Under the pieces are notes generated by a model. The model was not told the origin of the DNA. It did no database searches and was given only the letters and a program-made list of their open reading frames with translations. This document shows positions 48,942-60,577 of a stretch of DNA of 64,000 nt, one piece after another. Source of the DNA: a virus (taxonomy: Duplodnaviria > Caudoviricetes); IMG/VR virus record IMGVR_UViG_3300032225_002102, positions 32,001 to 96,000 of that record. One strand, 5' to 3'. Within the stretch, counting starts at the first letter, position 1. Each line of letters starts with the position of its first letter. The position numbers were made by a program, and so were the translations under genes.

Positions 48942-50951
48942 ATGATTTTAACAAAAGATGAAACTATTGAAAGTTTTTCAATAGGTAACACTACAATTAA
49001 AGGTACAATTGATGCTAATAAAGTTGGAAAAATGTTTCAACTATTGAGTAATCTTTATAGTGATAAAGAAAGTATTGTATTACAGGAAATTACTGCAAAT
49101 GCTCAAGATTCTTACAAAAGGATAGGTAAAGAAGGAGAAGTAAATATTAAGTTTGATTCAACAGATAGAATTTTACATATCATAGATAAAGCAGAAGGAA
49201 TATCTCCTTATGTATTTGAGAATTATATTACTAAGTTAGGTAGTTCAAGTAAAGAATTAGAAGATGATTCAGCAGGTATGTTAGGTATTGGATTTTTCAG
49301 TGGTTGGTGTATTACAAATTGTGTTTATTTAACCACTGTTTACGAAAACGTAAAATACATATATTCGTGTACAAAGAGAGATTATGAAGAACCAGAATTT
49401 AATTTGTTATTAGAAGAAGAAACAAATTTAGAAAATGGAACTGATTATTGGTTTTATTTACCTAAATCACAATACTCCTTTAAAGATACAGAAAAAGAAA
49501 AGTTTGAAAAAGCATTAAATAAGTTACGTTATTTTCATAATGTTACTGTTGAAGGATTGAAGTTTAATAATAATTACAATATCTATCAAGGTAAAACGTT
49601 TGTATTTAATGAAAGTTATTTTAATTCTCAATATGATAGAGATTATAAAGAATTAGAAATATGTTTTGGTAATACTCCTTACCCTATTAATTGGGAAAAG
49701 ATAGATATTCCTAAAATTTCTATTCCAGTAGCTTTAAAATTTGAACTTAATGAACCTTTGATGATTTTACCTTCAAGAGAAGCATTAGGTTGGAATAATA
49801 TCACTATTGATGCAGTTAAGAATAAAATTATAGATTTTGTACAAGAAATATCTAGTATTTATAAAGAACAAACAAAACCATTTGATAATATTTTAGATTA
49901 TCTTGAAGCAAGAGATAATAAACAAAATATTAAAATTGGTAATTCTGTTATAAATATTAGTAGTTTAAAATTAGAATCTGATTTAAAGTACAGTAAAATT
50001 GCTCATTTAGATATTAAAATCCCAACAGATAAAGATCATATATTTATAGAATTTGTTAAAACTTGGAATAAACTTTATAAAAAGAAAAGTAAACCTTATG
50101 TGTATGATAATGCAAAATTTTATTATTCTGAGCAAGGTTTAAAAAAGAGTAAAACTTCACAAATTGATTATGATTGTATATTAAATTATGTAACTCCTGC
50201 TTATGTAAATCATAGAGATTATTTTTATACTTCTCCTTTATTTGCAAATGGTTATCCTGATAATGCTTATGATCAAATTAGAGAGTTTTTAGGGTATGTA
50301 AGAGAAGATATTAAAGCTAGATTTTTAGATTATGATTCTATTGTTCCAGCTAAAAGAAATACTAATTTTGTAAAAAGAACAAATGAAGTTATTTTAGCTG
50401 CTTTTAATGGAGACGTTAAAAAGTTAGATTATAATATTAGTAAGTTTATTGCTCCAAAGTATTTATTTCTTACTTCTGATTTAGAAGAGTATAATGAAAT
50501 ATGTAAATATACTCAATCTTATTTTGGATTTACTAAAGATAGAAAAACATGTATTATAAATGTTATTTATACAGCTAAAAAGAACTATCATCTTTTTAGT
50601 GGTTGTAACATTATAACTTTAGAAGAGTGGTTTAAATCTGATATGTTTACCAATGCTTTTAGAAGAAGTATTGATGCTTATAACTATAATCAATTGAATG
50701 GTTATCTTTTTAAAGAATGGTTAAATAAGTATAACAAACGCTTGTATTATATTCATAAGAATACTAAAACAAATTATAATAAAATAATTGTTGATAAAGG
50801 ATTAGAATTAAAAATTGCATATACAGATAATTATATTGATTTAAGAAAACATTATGATATTTATATGAATATTGAAAACAACAAAATATATGGAAAAGAT
50901 AAAATTATTAATTTCTTACGTAAAAAACTAAATAAATGTCAGAATCAGTAA
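48942..50951 (+). CDS. rIIA: rIIA-like protein (GHKL ATPase)
   Basis: LYSD....E...NA.D, D...G, GSSSK, G.LGIG. Confidence 0.8.
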   Translation: MILTKDETIESFSIGNTTIKGTIDANKVGKMFQLLSNLYSDKESIVLQEITANAQDSYKRIGKEGEVNIKFDSTDRILHIIDKAEGISPYVFENYITKLGSSSKELEDDSAGMLGIGFFSGWCITNCVYLTTVYENVKYIYSCTKRDYEEPEFNLLLEEETNLENGTDYWFYLPKSQYSFKDTEKEKFEKALNKLRYFHNVTVEGLKFNNNYNIYQGKTFVFNESYFNSQYDRDYKELEICFGNTPYPINWEKIDIPKISIPVALKFELNEPLMILPSREALGWNNITIDAVKNKIIDFVQEISSIYKEQTKPFDNILDYLEARDNKQNIKIGNSVINISSLKLESDLKYSKIAHLDIKIPTDKDHIFIEFVKTWNKLYKKKSKPYVYDNAKFYYSEQGLKKSKTSQIDYDCILNYVTPAYVNHRDYFYTSPLFANGYPDNAYDQIREFLGYVREDIKARFLDYDSIVPAKRNTNFVKRTNEVILAAFNGDVKKLDYNISKFIAPKYLFLTSDLEEYNEICKYTQSYFGFTKDRKTCIINVIYTAKKNYHLFSGCNIITLEEWFKSDMFTNAFRRSIDAYNYNQLNGYLFKEWLNKYNKRLYYIHKNTKTNYNKIIVDKGLELKIAYTDNYIDLRKHYDIYMNIENNKIYGKDKIINFLRKKLNKCQNQ

Positions 50952-51065
50952 AAAGAGATTTATTACAAAAAGCATATTTAATTTTGGATAAAGCTCTTCA
51001 AGAAAAAAAAATAAAAGAAGTGCTAAAACAAATGGAAATAATTAATAATTTAAATATTAAATTAG

Positions 51066-52412
51066 ATGCTGACAATTAATGTTATTGGAAAAAACTGTAA
51101 TATAGTTTTAGATGGTGTATTATACACAGTTATAACCTCAGAATCATTTGATTTAAAAAGGTTACAATCTTATGGATTAAAATACTATTACAACTATAAT
51201 CTATCAAAAGATTACTTTGATGAGTTTGGAGAGCATATTACAGAGCAAAGAAGAGATATTTTAAAGACTTATGCTGAATTATATAAGTTAAAAATTAAAA
51301 AATTAATCTTTAGCCAAATAGAAATTCAAAATAATGCTAAAACTGCTAAAGATTTTGAAAGAAAGCTTGAAAAAAGAAAGCTAGAAGAAGAAAAGTATAA
51401 TCTTAAACGATTAAAAGATAATAAAGTAAAATCTTTTAGTAATTTTTCACAACTTGAAATAAGAAATAATGAAGTTTACTTAAAAGGTTTGAATTTTATT
51501 TTACCTGATGATTTCCTTAAAGTTATTCAAGAAGTTGAGAATCCTCAACCATATATTAACTTTATGTATAACCTTAGTTCTAATCCTAATGAATATGTTA
51601 GAAATAATGTGTTTACTTGGGTTAATAATAATCAGTTTAAGATTACTGAAAATGGTTATATTTATGGGGTAAGATGGGTTGTCAAAAAGAATGATATTCC
51701 TGAACTTACTCAATTTGTACATTCTGAATATATTAGAAAGAAATTACAAAAGAAATCACCTAAGAATTATTCTGTTTATAGTTTAGAAGAAGAAAGTGAT
51801 TATAGTATTAGGATTTATTATAATATTGTTGAAAATTCTAAAATAGCAACAGAAAAATTTCAATCTACAAATCATACTTTAATAGGTAATCTTTATGATT
51901 TATTCAATAAAGAAGAAGATTTAGAATTTACTGATAATTATACTCAAACTTTTAAAATTAAATTAGGAGAAGTTGTAAGTATGAATAGAGAAGATTGTGA
52001 TGAATCTTCTACTGAATGTAGTAGAGGATTACATTTTATCTCAACAAATCATGCTATAAATAATAGTTTTGGAGATACTTTGATAAGTGTACTTGTTAAC
52101 CCAAGTATGATTGTATCAATTCCAAATGATAATTATCCTAAAATTAGATGTTGTGAATATTTTCCTTATTCTATCTTAGATATTTCTACAATTGAAGAAT
52201 TTAAAACATCTGATTTAGTAATAGATGATACTGATTTTGAATTGATTAATGTATCTAAGATTTATGATAGTTTGAGTTATAAAACTAACTTATATAACTC
52301 ATCTAATAGTAAAGAAAGATTACAAGAAATTAAATCAAAACTTCAATCTTTTAAAGTAAAACCCGTTGAACCTGAACAACTTGCTGTTGTAAACCGATTA
52401 ATTAAACTATGA
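51066..52412 (+). CDS. rIIB: rIIB-like protein
   Basis: NF..NL..NP, ITENG, M.R..CD....CSRGLH, VNP...VSIP.D...K.RCCEY. Confidence 0.85.
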   Translation: MLTINVIGKNCNIVLDGVLYTVITSESFDLKRLQSYGLKYYYNYNLSKDYFDEFGEHITEQRRDILKTYAELYKLKIKKLIFSQIEIQNNAKTAKDFERKLEKRKLEEEKYNLKRLKDNKVKSFSNFSQLEIRNNEVYLKGLNFILPDDFLKVIQEVENPQPYINFMYNLSSNPNEYVRNNVFTWVNNNQFKITENGYIYGVRWVVKKNDIPELTQFVHSEYIRKKLQKKSPKNYSVYSLEEESDYSIRIYYNIVENSKIATEKFQSTNHTLIGNLYDLFNKEEDLEFTDNYTQTFKIKLGEVVSMNREDCDESSTECSRGLHFISTNHAINNSFGDTLISVLVNPSMIVSIPNDNYPKIRCCEYFPYSILDISTIEEFKTSDLVIDDTDFELINVSKIYDSLSYKTNLYNSSNSKERLQEIKSKLQSFKVKPVEPEQLAVVNRLIKL

Positions 52413-53128
52413 AATTTGAATTTAACGTATTAGTACCTCTTAAAACATTTTATGTAGGTGAATTAGAAATTGAAGCTGAAAATTATCAATCTGCATTAGA
52501 TATTATTAAAAAACTATCTAAAGAAGAAATTGATGATAGAACTACAAATTGGGAAATAGATTTAACAAATATTGTTAGTATTTCTGATGATTTGGAAGTT
52601 TATGATAAAGAAAATAATATTTTAAATTAATCTTTAATTTTAACAGCTCCTATCAGAAATGGTAGGAGTTTTATTTTTTATGACAACATTAGAACAAGCA
52701 ACAGAATGGTTGCAAGAGTATTTTCAAATAAATAAAATATATTTTCCTCTTAAAAAAATTAGAAAAGATTATTCATATTGGAAAAATGAAGTTTGTGAAT
52801 GGGAATTAGATATATATTCTAAAGAATGTAAAATTGTTGTAAGTTATGATGAAAAATATAAAAATAAATTTTACAATTTTATAATTCCAAATACAAAAGA
52901 AGAATTATTTACAGTTTTAAATATTTTAGAAAAATGAAATTATCAAAAACAAAATTAATTTTAATAGATAGTATTATTGAAAATTACGAGTTAAATTATT
53001 ATGATTCACAAGATGTAATATTTGAATTATTAAGAGATTATTTACAAACAATGACAATTGCAAGATTAAATGATTTAAATGGGTATGTAGAAGAAAATGA
53101 AATTAATTAACTTTAAATAACTAAAACA

Positions 53129-54097
53129 TTGGCACACGAAGTAGAAGGTAAAATATACTCATTGAAACAAAAGAGTTGGCATGGTAATGATATTATATCA
53201 CAAGATGTATTATCAAGTGCTGAAATTATTAAATTGGTTAACCTTGATTATAAGGTAGAAAAACAACCTATTTATTTAGCAAGTAGTTCGGAAATCCCAA
53301 ACTACTATGCTAATGTAAGAATGGATACAGGAGCACCATTAGGTATAGTTAAGGATAAGTATCAAATAGTACAAAATACAGAAGCATTTGAGTTCTTTGA
53401 TTCTGTAATAGGTAAAGATTATATTCAGTATGAAACAGCAGGTATATTGAAAGAAGGTAAGAAAGTATTTGTTGCTGCTAAGATGAAGAACGGTATGAAA
53501 GTTAATGGTAAAGATGAACACGAACTTTATCTTATATTTGCAAATGATCATACTGGGTCTGCTCCTGTTAGAATTATGCTTTCAAACGTGAGAATTGTTT
53601 GCAACAATACATTTACCGCAGCTGTAAGTAATGCTAAAAGAGCAAATACTCATTTTGCAATCAAACATACTAAAAGTTATAAGAGTAAAATAGATACTGC
53701 TGAACAAGTACTTAGATTAAGTAAGCAAACATTTGAACAACAAAAAGATTTCTTTGAAAAGATTAGTAAAGTTCAACTGAAAGATAATCAAGTTTCAGAT
53801 TTAGCTTTGAAATTGATATGTAATTATGCAGAATTAGATAGTATTGGAACAGGTGCTGATATTAATGAAGTACTTTCAACAAGAAAATTTAATACTTACA
53901 ATAAGATTCTTAACTCTTATCATAATCCAAGCTCTCAACAATCTATTTTAGGTACAGGATATGGATTTCTAAATGGTGTAACTTATTTTACTACACATGA
54001 GATGTATAAAGATAACGAAGATAGTATTAATGGACACTTATTTGGAGGTGCTTTAGATTTACAACAAAAAGCAGTTGATTTAATTTTAACGTATTAA
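53129..54097 (+). CDS. DUF932 family protein
   Basis: MAHE...WHG, YQIVQN.EAF.F, ETAG.L..G, RIVCNNT. Confidence 0.85.
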   Translation: MAHEVEGKIYSLKQKSWHGNDIISQDVLSSAEIIKLVNLDYKVEKQPIYLASSSEIPNYYANVRMDTGAPLGIVKDKYQIVQNTEAFEFFDSVIGKDYIQYETAGILKEGKKVFVAAKMKNGMKVNGKDEHELYLIFANDHTGSAPVRIMLSNVRIVCNNTFTAAVSNAKRANTHFAIKHTKSYKSKIDTAEQVLRLSKQTFEQQKDFFEKISKVQLKDNQVSDLALKLICNYAELDSIGTGADINEVLSTRKFNTYNKILNSYHNPSSQQSILGTGYGFLNGVTYFTTHEMYKDNEDSINGHLFGGALDLQQKAVDLILTY

Positions 54098-54098
54098 T

Positions 54099-54791
54099 AT
54101 GAAGTTATTAAACAGTAACTATAAATTAAAAAAAGCATTAGATAAAGGTATAGTTCAAATGGGAGTAGAAATGCTCCCATTTACTTTTGGAGGTGGAGAA
54201 AATTTGTGTAAATTTGCAACTACTTCATGTATAAAAGTGTGTGTGCAACAAGCAGGATATAGTTCATTACCAGTAGTTTATAATGCAAGGTTAGCAAGAA
54301 CTCAGTTATTTAATAAAGATAATGTAGAATTTTTACGATTGTTGATAAATGAAATTAATTACTACTCTGGAATATATTCTAATTTAACAATTAGACCTAA
54401 TGTATTTTCAGAAATTCAATGGAAAAATATTTATTATGAAGATAAAACTTTATTTGAACATTGTAAAAATGTAAACTTTATGGATTATGTAAAAAATCCT
54501 AAATCAGTATATTTAGATATTCCAAATTATTTTACATTGTATTCTGGACAAATAAATACTAAACACATCTGGTTAAAATTACTTAAAGATTCTAAACCTG
54601 TTGCATTAGTATTTAATAAAGTACCTTTAGAATATGAAGGATATGAAGTAGTAAATGGAGATCAAGATGATTATATTATAAGATATAAAGATAAACCTGT
54701 AATTGTAGGGTTAAAATATAAACAAGTAATTAAAAAAGGTGTTAAAAACTCAGAACTATTAAAAAACAATAAACTTGTAATACAATTATGA
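54099..54791 (+). CDS. GP88-like protein
   Basis: N.KL.K, C.FAT..C...C, R.N..S, DY.K, GD..D, IVGLK.K. Confidence 0.7.
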   Translation: MKLLNSNYKLKKALDKGIVQMGVEMLPFTFGGGENLCKFATTSCIKVCVQQAGYSSLPVVYNARLARTQLFNKDNVEFLRLLINEINYYSGIYSNLTIRPNVFSEIQWKNIYYEDKTLFEHCKNVNFMDYVKNPKSVYLDIPNYFTLYSGQINTKHIWLKLLKDSKPVALVFNKVPLEYEGYEVVNGDQDDYIIRYKDKPVIVGLKYKQVIKKGVKNSELLKNNKLVIQL

Positions 54792-55291
54792 AAGAAAATA
54801 ATATATTATTAGCAGAATTTTTAGGATATACACAACCACATCCTAATTATCTAAATACATATTATTGGTATAAAGAAGGAGAACCACCACTAACTATTTT
54901 AATATTTGATAAAGATTGGAATTGGTTAATGAAAGTTATTAAAAAGATACTTAAGATATCATTAGAGAGAGATAATATGGAACAATATTATGAAATAACA
55001 GATAGTATTCCTAGTTTAAGTACTACTTATGAAGAATGTATAAATTTTGTTAAACTGTATAATCAAAACAAAGATGGAAAGAATTTTAATTAAAAGAACT
55101 AAAACAAATTTAGAAGAAAAAGAAACTTTATCCTTTCATGGGATAGAGTTTCCTACTTATATAAAATGTTTTGAAAAGTTTTTTGATGATAAAGAAAAAC
55201 TAAAATATAATCAACATGATAAGATAGAGATTGTTGATAAGCAAGTTAGAGAAGAGTATTTAAAATGGGAAGATAAACATATATACAAAAA

Positions 55292-55777
55292 ATGAACAAA
55301 GAATTAGAAGAAGCTGCTGTAAGAAAATATGGAACTTCTATATATGAGTATGAACAAATTGATGCCTTTATCGAAGGTGCTAAATGGCAAGCTGAAAGGA
55401 TGTATAGTGAAGAAGATATGAGAGAAGTGTTGTTTCATGCATTATATACACCAAAAACAGATGGTTATATTGAAAAAACAATTGACGAAATAGTTAGGGA
55501 AACAATGTCAACATTTAAAAAGAAATAAGATATGAAACAAGAAACACTTGAAGAAGCTGCTAATAGATACAATTCACAATTTATACAACAAAATGAATTT
55601 GCTATTGAAGATTTCATTAATGGTGCTAAATGGCAACAAGATAGAATGTATAGTGAGAAAGATATGAGAGAAGCAATAATTTTTGCTTTGGGTGGGATGT
55701 ATGGTTATCAATGGGGTGAAGAAGGTGAAACAGAGAATCAAATAAACAAATATTTACAAGAATTTAAAAATAAATAA
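55292..55777 (+). CDS. Two tandem paralogous small ORFs (55292-55528, 55532-55777)
   Basis: Shared LEEAA and GAKWQ..RMYSE.DMRE. Confidence 0.75.
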
Positions 55778-56866
55778 ATATGACACCAAATTACGTTTTT
55801 AAAGATAAAACAAAAAATGGTAAACCTAAAATTATAGATAACAATAAATTTGTTATTGCAACTGCTCCAGATTTTACCGAAAATTCCGAGGAAACTATTG
55901 AGAGACTTATATTATGTTATAATTTACTTTATAATTTCCCAATTCAAACGCTCAGAGAAATACCATCCTTTAATTACAAAGATTTTAAATAAACAACTTT
56001 AAATAACCAAACCAATGGAAGCAAATTTAAAAGCGAAGGTTTTAATCTATCAATTTTCAAATTGTGATAATGATGAAATGTATATTGGTACTGCAAAAAA
56101 ATGTGCAATTATATGCGTTGATGAGATACTAAATGCAAGCATGTCACACTTTGATGATTCTTATGTAATTTATTGGGAAGAAGTAAAATCAGAATTATTA
56201 AAATTATAAACCTTAAACAACTAAAACTATGGATTACTGTTTATCTGATGGAATACCTACCTATTAGGAAGAAGTAAGGTATGAAATAGCTCCGTGTTTG
56301 TCACAAATATATTACAATTTTGTGACAAATATAATATAATTTTTTAATTATATTTACATTATAAAATAATCTTAAATATTATGAAAGATATACTACATAG
56401 AGTAAAAGTTTCATTTTCTATTGCAAGCAATTTGATTATTAAGTTGCAAGACGAAAATGCTCAATTAAAATGTGCATTATTAGAAAATGAGTACATTCAA
56501 GAAAAAGGATTTAAATTTAATGAACAAGATATGATTGATTTTGCAGAATATGTAGCTTCATATTCAGATAAAAATAGAAATATTCATAATCAAATGCTTC
56601 ATGCTAAATCCAAATATGATGGAGCTGAAAGAACAATTGATTTATTAGAAATTTGGTTAAAAGAATTAAAAAAAAATAATATGGACAGCAAGCAAAAAGC
56701 AAAAGAACTTATTGAAACGTTTACATTTAATTGTAGAGAATGTGATAATGCAAAACTATCAGCTTTATTTGCAGTTGATGAGATATTAGATCTAGATACT
56801 GGAGATAGTTTAAATAAAAATTACTGGGAAGAAGTAAGACAAGAATTATTAGCAACTTAAAATAAA

Positions 56867-57382
56867 ATGAATAAAAACCCACTAGAAGTAACTCAACAAA
56901 AAGAAACAGAATTAATTACTCAATTAGGTAATCATTTGTTAGAGAAAGGATTTAATGCAGATAATACAGTAATAGTATCAGTATCTGGAGATTACTCTTG
57001 TATTGTAGGACAAATACTAAGGCATTCATTAAGCAGTAATGGAGAAATATGTGATGGATTTAGTATAGATGTACCTTATCCTGATGAAACATGGAATGAT
57101 ACTTATATAACAGAGTTAAAGATTCTATTTAGGTTGTATGCTTATAAGTTAAAAGATAAGAATATATTATTAGTAGAAGCTGGTGTTATCAGAGGTAGTA
57201 ACTATAAGTTTATAATAGATTATCTGAAAAACAATTTAGGTATAACTAATAACATTTTAACATTAGCACTATTTGAAAACTCTGGTTCTGTTTTTAAATC
57301 TGACTTTGTTGGAGAGTATTATGATGATAATACACAAGATTTAACTTTTTGGTGGGAAATGTATAATAAACATTGGAAATAA
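56867..57382 (+). CDS. Phosphoribosyltransferase-fold protein
   Basis: NILLVEAGVIRGSNY resembles a degenerate PRPP-binding loop; ends F.WE. Confidence 0.55.
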   Translation: MNKNPLEVTQQKETELITQLGNHLLEKGFNADNTVIVSVSGDYSCIVGQILRHSLSSNGEICDGFSIDVPYPDETWNDTYITELKILFRLYAYKLKDKNILLVEAGVIRGSNYKFIIDYLKNNLGITNNILTLALFENSGSVFKSDFVGEYYDDNTQDLTFWWEMYNKHWK

Positions 57383-57435
57383 TATGAAATAAACAGCAAA
57401 AGAATACTATGAACAAACATTTAAAGTAAAATAAA

Positions 57436-57717
57436 ATGGAGAAATTTAAATATTCAATTCAAGGTAAAATAACAGTATGGGATGAAACTACTTATACATT
57501 TCATGCTGAAAATAGAGAAAAAGCAGAAGAGATTATTAGACAAGTATCTCAAGAAGGTATATAGAATATTAAAGATGATAACTTACAATTGGAATTAGAT
57601 AACTATGAATGGAAAATATTAGAAGATACAATAGGAGATTTAAATTCAGATTTACAACCTATTGAAATCTATGATGAGAGTGGAGAAATAATTGAATCAA
57701 CTTATAGAAGAATTTAA
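57436..57717 (+). pseudogene. 93-codon ORF interrupted by in-frame TAG
   Basis: TAG at 57562-57564; both halves resemble 52409-52630 (AEN...A..II; E.YD). Confidence 0.65.
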
Positions 57718-58569
57718 ATGTATTATTATCGTAGTGAAATTATTAACAATTATTGGGAAGTTCCTCTCTATGTTTGCAAGAGAGGACTTTCTTCTGGTTT
57801 AATATTAGTTGAACCAATTGATAAAAAAATGCAAACAATACCTAACTTTTTGTTAGAAGATTATATTAATGAAGATGATTCAGAATACAAAAAAGTATTT
57901 ATCCCAAAAGAAAACGAGCTCTATACAATATCGGATTATGAAACTCGTTTATTATCTAGGTTTCATTATTCTTGGTTCAATATTCTTAGGGAATATTTAC
58001 TTACAGATAATTTTAAGAATACAATAGCAGCTACAATTAAAGAAAGAAAAACTTCAGAAGTATTTCCAGAACCTACTCAAATCTTTTCAGCATTTCTAAC
58101 AGATTATCATTCAATTAAATGTTTATGGTTAGGATTATCTCCTTATTTTACCAAACAGAATGGAATTAATGATAGTAACGGTTTTGCATTTAGTACTTAT
58201 AATAAGAATAAAACTGCAAGTTTAGAAGTACTTCAAGAAGGAATTAGAAAAGATATGAAATATGGTTTTAATTGGGTTTTAAAGAACGATTTATTTCATT
58301 TGAACCAACAGGGTGTAATGTTATTAAACTCTGCTCTAACAACCACTTCTGATGCTAATTCACATATACTTTTATGGAAAGAATTTATTCAATATGTAAT
58401 TGATAAGTTAGATGTTCCTGTAATAGCTTTTGGTAAAGTAGCACAATCATTTCAATTTAGAAATAAAGTGTTTAATGTATATCACCCTGCTTATTATGCT
58501 CGTTCTAAATCAGAACCAGATTATACCTGTTTTAGTAAATTAAATGAAACTTTAAATATTGAATACTAA
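57718..58569 (+). CDS. ung: Uracil-DNA glycosylase family 1 homologue with altered active site
   Basis: VFP....IF.AF, GLSPY, GFAFS, QGVMLLNSALT, H...W, FG..AQ, HPA. Confidence 0.8.
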   Translation: MYYYRSEIINNYWEVPLYVCKRGLSSGLILVEPIDKKMQTIPNFLLEDYINEDDSEYKKVFIPKENELYTISDYETRLLSRFHYSWFNILREYLLTDNFKNTIAATIKERKTSEVFPEPTQIFSAFLTDYHSIKCLWLGLSPYFTKQNGINDSNGFAFSTYNKNKTASLEVLQEGIRKDMKYGFNWVLKNDLFHLNQQGVMLLNSALTTTSDANSHILLWKEFIQYVIDKLDVPVIAFGKVAQSFQFRNKVFNVYHPAYYARSKSEPDYTCFSKLNETLNIEY

Positions 58570-59755
58570 TGAAAATTATTGTAACAGATAACAGTGATTC
58601 AAGAGTAATTATTTATAATATACCAGATAAGAGGATAGATTTATTAGTAAATGATGAAACTGATTTATCAGAAGTAGTAGAAGATTTATTATCTGATTAT
58701 CATAAACTATCAGAAATTAGTTGGATGCAACTAGAAGATGATTTTACTATAGAGAACATTGAACTTTAGAAAGGCAATATTAACAAAATTAAAACAACAA
58801 AATTTTGAGATTTCATCAAATTTATTGGATAAATATTATTACTTTTGGAAAAAAGAAACTAATTATCCTTATACTAAATTTGATGGATTTCTTGATTTTA
58901 TTGAATTGAATGAAGTATTTGATGATTTTTGTGAAAAACTTAAAAAATATATAGAAAATGGATTATAGATTAATTATAGGAGCAATACTAATTCTAACTG
59001 GTATTCTCATAGAGGTTGTATATTCTCCTCGATTAGAATTTGTAAAAGAAAAAATATTATTATTTTACAACTTACCTTTTAGTAATAAAAGAGTTTACAA
59101 AATACTGAAATGAACTATCAAGAAATAAAAAAATTTTTATCTAAGCAATTAGTAAATCCAAATATGGATAAAGAATTAGTTTCTAAACTTATGAGTGTTA
59201 TAACTTGGATTCAAAAAGATGAAGAAATAAAATCTAATAATTTTAGTAAATTTACAGATGAAGAATTAAAAGAAATAGGAATGAGATTACATAAAAAATT
59301 TCAATCTGGATTAGAAATAAAATGAAAAAACCTTATCCAATTAATGGTATAGAACAAGATGTAATCTATGCTAGAAAAATTCTATGTATATTAAAAAATA
59401 ATACAAAACTTGTAAAATTTATTAAACAAAAAATGAATAAACGTTTTAGAAAATCATGGAGACAAGAATTAAAATCTTAATTAGTATTTTAATAACTGTA
59501 ACAGTAGTAGGTTATTTTTTCTTTAGAGAAATGAAAAATGATTATAATAAAGATTTAGAAGATTTTAAAGATGATATGGATAATGATAACAATATTTAAC
59601 AAAGTTTGTAACTATTTTGCTGAGTTGTATTATAGTATTTTTTTACATGACAATGAATGATCTAACTTTAAACTAATTATTTATTGAAATACTTTAATAA
59701 TATATGCTATTATTAAATAATATTTAGTATATTTGTATTTCAATTAAAATAAAAT

Positions 59756-60577
59756 ATGTTAGAAACATCAAAAATAATTGTACCTTTTAGTAATCAAGAA
59801 TTAACTTCATTTAAATCAAGAAAAAAAGATGAACTTTGTTTTTTTGGACAAGAAGTTATTAAAGTAACAGAACATTCTAATCTTACACAAGCTTTAAAAG
59901 CAGCAGATTGTAAAGTAGAAGAAGATTTTATAGTTATAAAAAAGAAAAAACACCCAGAGATTTTTCAAGATCTTTTTGAATTATTGGAAGTGACTAATTC
60001 AAAATTAGTTGGTTTAGAAGCTAATTTACCAAAAAATATTTTGCAAAAAGCTAATAGAGCCAAATATACTTCTGAAATAACACTGGTTTATGAAAGTGGA
60101 TTTTGGAAATTAAGTTTAGCTAGCAAGTTGCCAAATGGTAAAGAATTACGTAAGTGGTTAGCAAATGAAGTTTTACCTAGTATTCGTAAAACAGGTAAAT
60201 TTATTTTAAGTACAATAGATACAAATACAATATTAGAATCTGCAAAAAGAGAAGTACAAATTCAAAAAAGTAAAGAAATAAATATTCATTTTTACGAATT
60301 AAAAGGACAACCTGAAGTTATAAAATACAATGCTTATAATTGCAAACAAGTAACTGGTATGTATCCCAATGAAGTTAAAACTCATTATAATAGTAAAGAA
60401 TCAGCAAAAGAAATATTAAGAAAAAGAAAACCTGAATTAGCTTCTACAATGTGTTTAAATGATTCTATTATGGTACAAGATAATGGAGTTAAATTATCAG
60501 ATTTAAAAGAGTTTGATAAAATTGCAATTGCTTTATTTTGTGAAGCTGAAAAAATAGGTTTGAGATTTAAAGATTAA
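59756..60577 (+). CDS. BRO-N family antirepressor-like protein
   Basis: ESG...L...SKLP....LRKWLANEVLPSIRKTG; own TATATTTG promoter at 59728-59735. Confidence 0.8.
   Translation: MLETSKIIVPFSNQELTSFKSRKKDELCFFGQEVIKVTEHSNLTQALKAADCKVEEDFIVIKKKKHPEIFQDLFELLEVTNSKLVGLEANLPKNILQKANRAKYTSEITLVYESGFWKLSLASKLPNGKELRKWLANEVLPSIRKTGKFILSTIDTNTILESAKREVQIQKSKEINIHFYELKGQPEVIKYNAYNCKQVTGMYPNEVKTHYNSKESAKEILRKRKPELASTMCLNDSIMVQDNGVKLSDLKEFDKIAIALFCEAEKIGLRFKD

Noticed and set aside
20760-56230. Recurrent (c)tttaaacaa motif as a phage promoter
   Set aside because: Sits just before start codons; better explained as A-rich Bacteroidota translation-initiation context
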